Of a stretch of 64,000 nucleotides of DNA, positions 1 through 13,400 are shown one piece after another. Made by a program: the position numbers and the translations under genes. The stretch lies in assembly GCA_051362555.1 (NCBI GenBank), contig CM120641.1, positions 27,658,401 through 27,722,400 on the forward strand, in the 5' to 3' direction. How positions within the stretch are numbered: position 1 is the stretch's first letter; each line of letters begins with the position of its first letter. Source of the DNA: Lingula anatina (lineage: Eukaryota > Animalia > Brachiopoda). The notes under the pieces are model-generated. The model saw only the letters and a list, made by a program, of their open reading frames with translations, ran no database searches and was not told the origin of the DNA.

Positions 1-3000
1 TTCCACCTTGTTGTTACCCCCGAACCGCAATACAGATGTCACAGACAATATATGGGCGTGTGAGCCACCTGTTTTATTGTAGCCAAAGATGAAAAGCTCT
101 TGGGAGGTATTCAAGGCCTGAACTGTGCATATTCCTGAAAAGAAATTGACTGACACTTGAGCTCTACTTCTTAGAAGTTATACTTGAATTTTCATTTTAT
201 TGCAAGAGTTAACCAGCACTGAATTTTATACTCTTAGTTAAATTCTCATGTTTAATTTTATCAAGTGCTCTTACAAATAATTTACATCACAAATTTTTTC
301 ATCTTATCTGCAAATTCAGTTGGTGTTCCAAACTTTTTAAGTCAACAAAAGGAAAATCACAGAATTTTGCGTCACTCACCATCACGCTCCAATGCCACGA
401 TGAGCTCATTAGTGTCATAACTGAAGATGGCCTGTAATTTGTCATCAAATGAGTACTCATACATGACACCCTTGTTGGCATCAAAGTCATAGTACTCGAC
501 CACATCAATGGTCTTGTTGCGGTTGAGGAAATTACACTGAACTGTGGTACTGAATCTGTTTGGTAAGGTAGGAAGTGGTGGACCTGAGTTGAAAATAAAA
601 GTATATTTATGTGTTAGTTTGTTCAGTATTTTAATTGAGCTATTCCATATAAACATTGTACAATTAAGAATATATGAATTCTATAATGAAAAAGTTACAC
701 AGTCACCTAAAAACACATTTCTAACACTACTTAATATACTAACTCAAATTAAATATTTTCTAAATTTTAACAACCTAATGTATTCCTTCTATTCCATATT
801 CTTTCTCATACAAGAGTTCTGCTTTTAAATAATTTTCCCTTTACTTTCCATGTAATACCCAAGCTCATCTCTCTCTCTCATTCGCACACTTACACACATG
901 CATATGCACATGCACACACACACACACATTGTTCATTATATACCTGCATTGGCATTAACAGCACTGGCATCACAGACAGTTGTATCTCCACCTAAAACGA
1001 AAACATGTCACATATTTGGCAATCACTTTGCAGATTCTCCAACATATCATTAATATATATAATTTACTAGAAATGGACATGAAGTTTTTATTTAAAAATT
1101 CACCAATTTCAACAGAATCTTGAAAATTACAACATCCATCAAATATATATCTCCCAAACAGAAAAACTCTTCCTCATCAATGTTTTACAAATATCATACA
1201 CACAACAAGAGCTGCTTTTATTCACTTTTACTGGGAATTAAAGCATTTCAAACAATTCAACATTAATAAAAACAAGTCTCACCAGCTGGAGGTTTGAGGT
1301 CAGGACCAAGATTGACCCAACTGACTTTCAGACTGCTAATTATTGGTGCAATTAGCCTGGACTGTAATCCAGCAAAGGATAATAGAACATATCATCATTA
1401 TAAATTTGGATTGAAATATGTTATTTCCATATGTTTTTTGTACAAAAACATTGTTACATGGGGACATTGTTTAACAATGTCAACACATCTGTTACAGTTG
1501 CTAACACAAAATCAGCATTAACATTTTTGAATATTTATTTAACTGAGTAAGCACATGTTAAAGTAAATAAAACATTTTGATGCTTCAATTTCTCTTAATC
1601 TTAATCAGGTACATGAATTAATAAATATAGCAACACATAAAACATTTCAAATTTAAAAAAAATGAATTAAAATATATAAACAATATTTCACATTAAATTT
1701 AATGACTTACATTTCCAAGGGTGTCAGTGTCAATAAGAACTGTAAAAGTGCCTTTGCTTATGGCAGTGGTCAGCAAGGACACTGCAACATCCAAGTCCAC
1801 CTCTTGAACTTTCATGGCCACGTCTCCCTTAATAGGAGCCTTGTCCAGCATGCGGAAAGTGACCATTATGTTTTCACCATCAAAATCAACCTGGAAGTAA
1901 GATGAATTTGTATACATGATAATGTATATGAAAGTTTATGTTATAAAACTTTGTAAATGAATAAGAAAATCAGATTAGAAAAAGTATTAAAATTTAAACT
2001 TGATATATTATTAAATAAATGATCCTACCTTGATTGAATAATATTCATTCTTACCTAAAAATCACTTATGCCATGTTTTGGTCTTTAAATATCCAGTCAA
2101 AACTATTAGCTCTATTAATCATTTAAACGGGTATGTAAAGTATTACAGCAGCTGAGACACCAACAAGATTTAGCATGACAAAATTGATTACTTGATTGAA
2201 GGCTGGCATAGTCTCTAATTTATAGGAAATCATAATGGTTTTTAGCACTTTTTCAATTAAAAACATGCATTGGGCATTAGTTTGGTAAATGAGAAAAAAT
2301 TAAAACTGACCTTAAGACAACTTATGCTCTTACTTTAACTTTTATGCAGACAAGAGACTCACATTATGGAGTTCACCCCCCCCTCCCCCCCATAAAAAAA
2401 AAAAAAAAAAGCTGGATAATCATCTTCAGTTTTGTCTGGTCTTACCTGAAGATTATCGATACGGAGAGGGGACACAGTGGCAGTCCCTATCAGGCTGACC
2501 ATGACAGCATACTGGAAGTTTGCCAAGTTTGACTTCTGCACAAGGTCATAATATGATCCTAAACATAAGGCAGTGAAAACATTACACAATTTTAAAAACA
2601 GATTTTTTTAAACATGAAATTCCTTAAGGAAATGTAACAAGCTGAAAGCGCTGTTGTCAAATGTTATGCAAATTGCTAATATAATATACAACTGCAAACA
2701 ACATTTAAAACAGATGACATTATACGATACATTAAAAGGATAATTAAAAGAAATTAATATCTATCCATGTAGAAAGACTTGCCACGATTTTGTGGAGGAA
2801 TAACTAATTTCTTTACACACTCCTAACCTGGGAATGCAAACTGTATCCTGGCGTGTTTCAGGCCAGTGTAACATACACCCACGTCAAACAGCAATAAAGA
2901 AGGCTCCTCCTCATTGAAGTCAAGTATGTTGTAGATAATGCTAGTAGAAGGATCCTCCTAAAAAAACAACAAACATAACCAATCTAAACATCTAAGATTA

Positions 3001-6000
3001 TTACATATGCTACCTCAAACAATTGTAACCAAGATAAACACTTTGCATGATATATACACATATATATACATATACACATATATATACATATATACACATT
3101 AATAATGTAAAAACTTTTATCTGCATCGTAAAGAGTGTCGAAATGTATCCATTTTATTTAATCCTGTCAATCATCCTCACCAAGATATTAACTTCCATTC
3201 TGATTGGTTCTCCACCTTCAGCAAGTTTTCCACTGTACTGAGTCCAGTTGGTCTGTTAAAAATAAAATAGTAGATTAGAATGTTCTTATCTTTCACATTA
3301 GTACAAAATCTTTGTTAAAGAAATATTCATATTACTGTTAACATGTGTTAATCTTCTCTTAGAATGTCATCTTTCTATGACAATGTCTTCGTGCCAATAA
3401 AAGTAGGTTATTACTGTGAATGAATTTCAACCAGAAACAGGCTGCTTTATTGTGATTCTAAATGGTTAATTCTGCTTTTTCCACTCTGTAGTACATTAAA
3501 TAAGTATTATCTACATATAACCACATCCACAGGTTAAAATCAACAGAAGCACACTCTGCAAAGTATCTTATACATAAAAAAATCTACATATGTCTATATG
3601 TTATTCTGTTGGCAAACCTGAGCAAAGGACCACTCCCAGTAAGAAGTAAAGTTAAGCCCTGTAGGCCAGTCTTGTCTCACACCAATCCACACATCAGCAT
3701 CAATGTCACGGACTTTTCTCTGCAAAGGAGGGCAAAATCTTGACAACTTTTTTCACATTTTACATTATCATTTTGCAAATATTACAGTTTCGTATCATCT
3801 GAATCTTTCTTCTTTATTTTTTGTACATATTTACTTCATGTTTTTTTTTTTTAAAGATATAACTGATGCCCACATTCTTGTCGATTAAATTAGCATAAAT
3901 GATACTTTAGAATGTAATACTTAAAAAGATAATCCATAATGCAGCAAACTTATTTACCTAATCCATGTCAGTGGATGATTTAGGACATTTGCTGGACATT
4001 TCCAACCTGGGGACTTACCGTGATAGGAAATGTATATCAATATCTTCAAACATCACACAACATAAGATTTCAAACAAGTAATGCGGTGACATCAGTTAGT
4101 CTTTTTTTGATCAAGATAAAGCTGGCTGTGAACATGTTCCCAAAATTGTATATTGTACCAGGTAAAAAGGAAACAAAATGTAGCATACCTTGCCTGTGTA
4201 AGTGAAATTACTCTTGGGATCGCTGAAACCAAAGAATTCACTGGGGGATCGGATTCGCACAGTGGAGGGGCCGGCACTTTTTGCATCAAATCCAGATGGG
4301 TCTAAGATGTCTAAAGAACAGCTGCCTTGAAACAGATCTTTTACATAGCGCACCCCTAAAATCAAGACAAATACAGCACGACAATAATTAAAATAGCTAG
4401 TAGGGCAAAAACTTGAGAATTTAATTGGCCTTGAAAAATTCGTAAAAAAAAAATGATAAACATTAAGGTAACTCTTAAACTGAGATATATTAACGAAAAG
4501 CACTCTATAAGTTGAAAACTGAAATTTTTGAAATGAAGAAAGAGCTGGACCTAGAGCTTTATTATGTTTTTGTTTGTTATTTATAAAAACACACTTTTTC
4601 TTACCAGTGTTGAAATCGTGTATTTCTGAGAGAGGGTTGCCACCGTCCATGTCCCCTACTGGTAAGTCTCGATAGTCATACCTCACAATTTGAGCATTGT
4701 AATCATAGTACTCCTACAAATTTATTTATTAATTAATATGAAATGTGAAATTATATATATATATTCTTAATAGGTGGAGACAAATGCAATCTATTATTTT
4801 ACATGGAATTTCTCTTTACTGATTAATCTAGGAAATTTCTTTTTTGAGTGTGCTCTGACTAGTGTACTTAGAGAATACACAATATTTTTGAATAAAACTA
4901 TGTCAAATATTCAGTATGTCACCAACTTGGGAAAAACTGACTTACACAAAAAATAAGCTACTCTAATTCCTGATCATAATACAAAACCCATAAGACATGA
5001 ACATACAACTGGAATTGATTTACATGACTTACCTTGATATAAGAATAGGTCTGAGAATTTTTCTGTATAGCTTCTACTGTAAAACTGAAGAAGCTTGGCA
5101 TTTTAGGTAGGGGTTTGGTTCCTTTCCTGCCTGCACAAACGACCCCTGGTGGAGTCTGAACAAATATAGTTTTCACTGAGTTTGACTTTAACTATTATTT
5201 TTATACTAATGAGTCAAATATATAATAACTGGATAACAATCAGGATTCGTAGATGAATATAAAAGGAGAATTAATATAAAATATACAAAATTAAAAAGCA
5301 ATAATGACAGGCAAACAAACAAAACGAATGAGATGAATGTGAATTTTACCTGAAATACTTCATCTCCAAATGGAAAAACTCCAGCCGGCTGAAAATTCAC
5401 AAAATCATATATGTGATCGAATGGTACACTCTGGCCATTTTTAACCACAGTGCCTTTTGTTGTTATGCGTACTGGGAGTTCCTCAGCTCCTATGGCCATT
5501 GTCCAACTGCTTTTGTCTGGAATTCAAAAAAACATTGTGGGAAACAATTAAAATGATACATGGAATTGTTTTTTGAAACATCTATTTTGCTATCCCTTCT
5601 ATTAAGATATTGGCATTATAGAGAAACAGTATTTTAATTGCACCTCTTAATAATAAAATATTTTCATACCTGTGCCATATAAAAACACATTACAGCCAAA
5701 TTGTTTTCATATACTATTCTATATTTACCTCACTTCACAATGCAAAAACTACCTCTGTCCCCCCCCCCCCTCCTCCCCCAATCTCACTTTCTAAAATTCA
5801 AGATCTGTCAGTGCCATTGCCTTACCTGTAAAATACCAGGTGACATTAGCTGTCATTTGCTGTTGCTGTAAATAAACGCAACCTTGCCACGTGTTCACAA
5901 TGATACCTCGCACTTTGTCTTTGCCTAAATATTGGGCATTCTTGCCCCCACCGAATGTGAGGACCGACTTGGTGGAAAATATGTGACCACCATTGTAGCC

Positions 6001-7506
6001 AAACAGAAAGTTGTTGTCACTTGAGCTGATGGGCTGAATTTGACAATTTCTGCCTGGACCTAAAATAAAATGAATACTGCAAATTTTATTTTAAATTGAG
6101 AAATAATTATGGATGATTTGCTGGAGGTAAGGTGAGACTATTTTCCAAATTTTTGAGAACTATAAACCTCTCTAAAATGTAGAATGCAAAATCAAATGAA
6201 AGTATAAGTGAGGTGTAACCTAATAATATTTCTTATCATATCACATAAATTATATTGAACCTGTCAATGATAAGAAAAACATTCTGTTATATCAGCTTTA
6301 TCTTTTTTTTATTTTAGTAAGCAGATTATGTAAATGAAGATATCATTTACATATGAAGCATAAACTGAGTTGAGTAATCTCCATGCTTTATTGACTTTGA
6401 ATGACTGAATGACTTCATTTAGTTTTAGAACAGTGGACTAACATTCATTCAGAACAGTGGACTAACAGATCCACGGATCAAATATTTGCAACCCTCTTGA
6501 ATGCTTATTGTGTAATTCCCACCAAAAATCTATTCAGTGTCTAATCCTGAATTAAGCAGCAAGCTTTTTAGTGGGTCGCCATATTTGATCCGCGGATCTG
6601 TAAGTCCACTGTTTTGAATCCACTTATAGTCATCATTTGAAATTCAGGGTGTTAATCCTAACGAAAAAGTCCTAAAGGATCCTATAAGATCCTATAGGAA
6701 ATTTCCTATAGAATCCTATAGGATCTTATAGGATCCTAATGGATTCTTATAGGATCCTATAGGACTTTTTCATAAGGGAAGGTATTCCTGTCTTCCTACC
6801 TGAGTTGCCAACCTCTGTCTGGGGTACTACAAGAATCAATTCATTGGTAGCATAACTGTAGATGGCTTCTACTCCTATACCAATCTCATACTCTGTGATC
6901 TTCCCCCTGTTTCCTGTGTTATCATAGTACTCTTCAACTTCCACTGTTCTGTTCTTGTCTACAAAATTGCACTCCACCCTAACATGCCAAGAGTCTGGCA
7001 GATCAGGAATAGGGGGGCTGGGAGGACCTGAGATGATGATAATAATAATAATAATAATAATGAATCATTTTATGGTGTATACCATTATTATCTCAATGTC
7101 ACTTATATAATTTCTAAAATTCATAGAAAACTTTAACAATAAAATGACAATATCACTAAAAAAAAGCATATGATATAATGTTGTTAGAGAGATTTTAGAC
7201 AATAGATGTATGCCTTTTCATTTCTGTCATGATGGCAAAAGAAAAGTAGCTTGTGAAAGCAAGTAAAACTCCCTAAATTCTCCCAGTTCAAACCAAAACA
7301 AATTTCCTGCAATTGGCAGAAGCAAAAATGAAAATCATACCAGAGAAGAAATAATAACAAAAATGCAAATACTGTAATGTCTATTGAATAACCCAATTGC
7401 AAGTACCTGTGTTAGCATTAGGATCACACACAGACGTGTCTGGCGTCTGTCCACGGCATACTGACCATGATATAGAAAGACAAAACAATGGCCACAACAA
7501 CTTCAT
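1..7506 (-). CDS. Multi-exon secreted or membrane protein with a tandem super-repeat, tentatively ependymin/EPDR-LolA-fold-like; 3' part lies beyond the window start
   Basis: ATG at 7506 gives signal peptide MKLLWPLFCLSISWSVCRG. GT-AG exons include 7407-7506, 6800-7027 (GPPAPPIPDLPDSWHVRVECNFVDKNRTVEVEEYYD), ~5827-6060, ~5350-5516, ~5033-5155, ~4605-4712, ~4192-4358, ~3618-3720, ~3158-3252, ~2828-2957, ~2445-2558, ~1710-1889, ~1284-1361, ~944-991, 380-583 (GPPLPTLPNRFSTTVQCNFLNRNKTIDVVEYYD) and 1-~135. The module restarts near 990. Fold assignment rests only on remembered motif resemblance (P-x-LP..F...V, EYYD, VRGI....W..C). Confidence 0.75.
6447..6620. mobile_element. MITE (~175 bp) with long TIRs
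   Basis: ATTCAGAACAGTGGACTAACAGATCCACGGATCAAATAT pairs with ATATTTGATCCGCGGATCTGTAAGTCCACTGTTTTGAAT. A related copy lies at 38476-38621. Confidence 0.7.
6656..6778. mobile_element. Palindromic foldback MITE made of GGATCCTATA decamers, possibly CMC/EnSpm-like
   Basis: Ends TCCTAACGAAAAAGTCCTA...TAGGACTTTTTCATAAGGG, internal tandem GGATCCTATA units, AA on both flanks. Confidence 0.6.
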
Positions 7507-9315
7507 GATGATTCTGAAAAAGAGTGAACAGGAATATCATATTCATAAGACATTTTCTGTTTTCCATGTGACACAGAGTATTTAGGAATGCCAAATTAGT
7601 GAATTACAAATCAAACAAAAATTTACGCGTTGCAAACCTCATTTCCAAATATAACTCACTGATAGGGCAAAATACAGATTAGTTTGCCCAGCATTCATAT
7701 ATAATTTCTGAGGTAATGGTTTCCTCAGTTATTTCAATTATATCAAATAACTTTTAGTAAGATTATTGCCGACATGCCTTGATAACAGCCAAGTCTTTCA
7801 GTAACCTACATACACTAACTACAACAACAAAGAAGGCGCACGTATATTTAAAAACTTTCTCTTATCTAATCTGTAATTTTTTTCATTTCTAGTAAAACAC
7901 AGATTATTCCCCTTACTTACCCTGGTCTTGAATTGCTGCGACTGGCACTCAAGATGGTCTCATGTCTGTCACACACACACCCCCTAGTCCAAAGGTGCAG
8001 AATTGGACACTCAGAAAGCCATGGGCGCCTAACCTAAGAGCTAATTGTTATCACAACTTATCAGTCCTGAACAAACATTTATCATTGATGAAGCAACAGG
8101 TCAAGGGATTTGTTTGATAGCCACCCCATTTTGATAATATGTAATACTATTGAAATGCGGCAGGGTTTAAAGCGTTATATTGGTTAGATCCAATGTATAT
8201 ACACCTTTTGGCTAGCAAAGAATATGATTAATTAATGTATGGTGCTAAAAATCTAATCTAATTCACAGATTCAATATCCTTCGTCAATTGCTATGAGAGC
8301 ACTTTGTTATCTGAAAAGGTTGAAAATATAATTAAACCATAAAACAATTGCTATCTAGTTGTCAGTCTGTCAACCTACTTTTAAATTAATTTACTTTTAC
8401 TAAGTCTTAGGTAATTTTCTTTTTCTCTTTTTTTTTTTATTTCATTTTAATTTGGGAATTGCCATTTGGATGTTAAGAACCAGTGGACATTTTTAAATTT
8501 CTGAATCGGTCAGGAAATTTCAATACTTTATCATTTCAACTACCTACATACACCACCCACAACAGATAGTAGTAGGTACAGTACCGACTGTTAACGGCAC
8601 CCTACACAACCCATATCAGTAAGAAGACTACAGTGCCTGACACCATATGATACATGAATCAGTGGGAACGTCTTCTGGTCCTAGGCATGTAGTTTATACA
8701 AATATCAGAGGCTGCAGTTATTTGACTCTATTTTAATGTGAATCACATTTTTTAAGACACTACTGATGCTGACATTCTTGTCAATTGGTTATCAAAAGGG
8801 GTTTTAAGGTCAAGAACTACAACCTGAGGGAGGACCACTCTACTGAAATCAACCTGTCATATCGTCTTCATAAGTACCCTTCATGCATTTGCTTTGTGTG
8901 GACTCTGTACAAAAAAATATGACATTTTACTTAGAGTTTTTTAAAGTGCCATTCGATATTTCAAAATATCATTGTGGGATTTACAGGAAAAAATATGGAA
9001 AATCAAAGATATTTTTGTGGGTTTGTCAACAAAATATACACCTGAAAAGTAATAAACAAATTTGGTAAATATAAAATACTCTATTGTTATGTTTCACAAA
9101 AAAAGAAAAAAAAATTGGTATAAATCTGCATTTTCTATAGAAAAAATTCTTTTCATAATAGTGTAACAGAATATCTATGCTACAGTGCAATACGTAATGG
9201 AATTACTTGATGGGCAGGGATAAGTGATTATTCAACATCACATGTTGAATGAATGACCTTATGTCATCTTACCCTTTGTACACAAATCACAAGCATGGCT
9301 TTTCAATTTTCACCT

Positions 9316-9347
<32 letters not shown>

Positions 9348-9402
9348 TGTGTGCAGGGCTGTAGCCTCCGGGGGGGCAGGGGGGGCAGCTGCCCCCCCTG
9401 GG
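9316..9402. repeat. (CT)n(GT)n microsatellite followed by a G/C-rich MITE-like end
   Basis: CTCTCT...GTGTGT then CAGGGCTGTAGCCTCCGGGGGGGCAGGGGGGGCAGCTGCCCCCCC. Confidence 0.6.
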
Positions 9403-9641
9403 ATTTGAGGTGCAAAAAAAAAAATAATAGCAAAGGTAAAAAAAAATAATTGCAAAGTTGGTATCAATTCTGTGAGAAAATGCACTCATGGCCAATAGAC
9501 AATCATTCAACAATCTGTTTACAAAGGTGTAATGTTTTTAGCCAACTCAGTTCATGCCAAAAAGCTCACCCTCCCTTAGGGAGCTTTCCCACAATTTCTG
9601 ACTTCTGATTGAGCAATAAATAACAGTTAAAATGCACCAGA

Positions 9642-9642
<1 letters not shown>

Positions 9643-9693
<51 letters not shown>
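9643..9693. repeat. (TG)n microsatellite
   Basis: Direct reading of the sequence. Confidence 0.95.
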
Positions 9694-9696
<3 letters not shown>

Positions 9697-10461
9697 GCTC
9701 TCTGCATAAATACTCATTTCAAATTGAAATTGTTAAAATTTATAAACAGCCTCTAATTTGAGCTAATTACTTTAAATTTTAAATAACTGGTGTTGAATAA
9801 AACAGTACTCAGAAAGGTTCCTGAACCTTTAATCCTCTCATAAAATAATCACTGACAATTGAATTCCAGTGTGTTCCGTTCTTTAAAATGGGTGAAAATG
9901 TTCATGTTGTCACATGTCTACTAAAATGAAGGCACATGGAGTCATATTATGACAAAGAAACTGATCCAAACAGCCCAGTTTCAAAATCAGGTCTTTAAAT
10001 CAACCACACCGAATAGATTTTAAGTAGTTAAATGAAACTAGTTTTACCACTCATCTTTCCAATTTATTGAAAGGAAATGTACATTTCAACCATGTGTAGA
10101 CAAATGAATAAAAATTACTTTATTTTCAGAGTTAGTACAATATCAACCAATTCTTTTTTTAAATTCTGATTGGCATAAAGAATGTCTTGTCAATAAACAA
10201 AATAATGTCACTCACCAAATCAATGCCATTTTTGTTTCACTTTTACACTCAAAATAAACACAGTCACAATTATGTTCATCCCTGTATAAATCCACATGAA
10301 ATGATGATAATATATGCATAAAACAAGGTCAGAATGACACACCAGTGGAAGTTATCATGAGATATGAATACTGTCTGATCCAAATGTACCTCCTGTGAAA
10401 TGTGGTAATAGTGATGCTTGTGTCAAATTGTATACCGCTCTTGCATTGTCCATTTAGCTTG

Positions 10462-13400
10462 TCAATGACTCTCTCCCTTTTTACCAGCCACCTGGAATAT
10501 TTAGCATTTTAAAAGGTTACGATTTAATTGAGCAAGCCAAAATATTTAAATATGAAGGAAAAAAAAGAAAAAAAACTGCGTAATTTCAGTGCAATGTGAG
10601 CAAGTAAAACATGTCAACGTAGTGCTTTACAGAGAAAACTTTTGCAAAGGGATAGTGAAAAGGCTTTTTAATCTTCTAAATCTTTCTCTTATCTTTTTAG
10701 ATAATACAATCTTATATTTCAAAACCATATCACAAGTTATGAAAGCAATACGAATGCTCATACTGCACTTTTATGAGAAGTGTAACTGCAATGATTGAAT
10801 GTACTATTTACTCTGAAATGAAAAAGGCTTTAAAATAGATATCTATAAGATATTTCTGACTTTGAAACTCAATGTAAGTTATGAATGTCTAAAAGTGACC
10901 AAAAGTTGTAACACTTGGAAAATCAATTGTAAAATTAAACTAAGACTGCATTCCCACAGATTTAGATCGATCCATATGGATCGACCTAACACCCTGGGGG
11001 TCCACGCTAAATTGCTGTCAGCCGAGCGTGTTAATTACCCCCTTACAGCTTTTAGTAGGCGGGACAGATATTTAAGCCGGCTAAGCCAACAGCAATCTAG
11101 TGAGACTCCCCATGGGGATAAATCGATCTAAAAATCTGTGGGAATACAGTCTTAGTCTTGTATCACACACTCACCCTCTTAAAAGCTGCCATATCAGTTT
11201 TGCCAACAGGTGTTCCATAGACTGTGAAAGCATCTACTTGAGTGACTTCTGTACCTGCCTGGTTATCCTTGATAAATATCTAAAACAAGGCAGCAAAGCT
11301 GTCAAATGTACAGACAAAAAGCAGAAAATAAAGATGCTGAAAATAAGTCATTTTGTCAATTTTGAAACAATAATTAATGTTTATAACAGCACAATCAATC
11401 AACATTAAATTTGAATCATGCAGGACGGGAAACATGATCAATAAGATTACAGTTTCAGGACCTTGAGAGTTGAAATTCACATAATAAAAATCCCAATATA
11501 TGAAAAATTATGACTGTGCATAAAATAATATTACATAATGTTTAATGGCATAAACACCAATACTATTGCTTATGTGGAAATACAGAAAATGTACAGAGCT
11601 TCAGGTGGGTGAGAGTTAAAAGCCACACCCTTAAAATGCCAGTGTTTGAAAAATAAAAAAATTTAAAAAGAATACATAATAATATTCTGATAAAGCTGCT
11701 GTTCAAACTTTAAATTCAACTGTCTCAACATGATATAAATATTGGGGACAATAAGGCACTGCAGGGAATCTCAACATGTGTGTTTTATCTAATCTCATTT
11801 AATGGCCACTTAAAACTTAATTAGGCAAGTGACTTAACAGTTCTGACATTAGCTGGTAATTACCTAAGGGACAATTACAGACTGACCACCCACTGTAGCA
11901 ATATGGCACCAAATAAAGATTATGTGAAATAATGCACAAAATAAAATATTGTCCATTTTGATGCAATAATACATTACGGTAAAGTGCCATGAATTTCGAA
12001 CGGCTCTTGAATTTCGAACGATCTTAAAATCGGCCGTCTGGAGTTTTTTCTGGACCATGAATTTCGGCCAGTAAGCAATTTTGCGCGATCTTCATTTCGT
12101 GAATTTCGTACACCTTAAAATCGGCCACCGGGCTATTCTCGCGCTTATAAAGTTCTAACAGTCGGCAATGTTGCCCTAGCGTACCTTTACCTGAGTACTA
12201 CGTGTGCGGCCCAAGGTGCAAGTTAACGATCAGTACAGTTAGTTTAGGACGCTAAACAACATTGTCATATCCATTCATTCAGATAACAGAAGAATCTATT
12301 AAGAGTTATACTGTCGGGCTGTTGTTTCTTTACCGCAGTATTCGGTGTGAGATAGCGATCGGTAGTTTTGCTGAGGCGAACAATAGCATTGTTAACAGTA
12401 GAGACTTCAGTAACAGAACAAAAGAGCAATATTAAGAGCTGCAATAAAGATTACCATTATTGCTTTCTTGTCTCGCTCAGATCGTTCACGATCTCCCGCT
12501 GACGATCTTCCGCTAATGAAGTCCCTTGAAATGTACAAATGAAATGAAAAATATTTTTAAAAATCATAAATTCCAATGGGGAGGGATGGAGGGTTAAAAA
12601 CAATCGAGAACGATCTCCGGCTGACGATCTGCCGCAAACGAAAGCCACTGAACGAGTATGAGCTTTCTCGTTTCACTCGGATTGCGACGCTGACGATACG
12701 AAAATTGCGTTCTCGTCTCGCCCTTTGGCTTACGAAGTCCCTTTAACAAATATGAAAATTGCCTCCTGGTCTCTCTCGGATTGCGAACAATCTCTCGCTG
12801 AAAATTTGAAATTTTCCTTTTTGTCAATCAGCTTTGTCAGTTGCCGTGCGTATGAAGGTCCGGAAGGTGTCCAATTTCACAAATTGGCCTGTAGTTTGCT
12901 TAGTGTTTTGTACCGCATGAAGGTCACTCTTGTCACTGCTGCATACGGCGTGGAATGTGTATCTTAAAGTTCATAGAAACATTTTAATGTGTTTTGTAAG
13001 CTTTAGGAAGTAGTTTCGTCGTGACTGAATATCAGCGTACACTACAAAGTAGTACCATTCATCTGTGACGCATCATAAAAGCTAGGTACGTCAAATTACT
13101 CTAAGAAAATTTCTTACAACGTCCACGGCTGTCCCGACAAGCCAAGACGTCATTAAAAAAAAGTCGCAAGCCGTCTAGCCGTCTTTGAAAATATAGGCCG
13201 TCCGGTGATGTCAGCGGCCGTCCAAATTGCCTTGCTCATAAGGGTATATTTATTTAACAAGGGGCTTACTGACTTCACCCAGCTTACATGCGGGTGCATG
13301 CCTCCCAAAATTATATTAAAGGATAAAATTGTAATATATCTAAGTTTAATTGTTTGTAAATTTTGTAAAAATTGCCCATGTCACCCCGTTAGTTTGGAGG

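Noticed and set aside
4111-4686. 191-aa ORF as a stand-alone gene
   Set aside because: It is read-through of an exon, an intron and a second exon of the minus-strand multi-exon gene.
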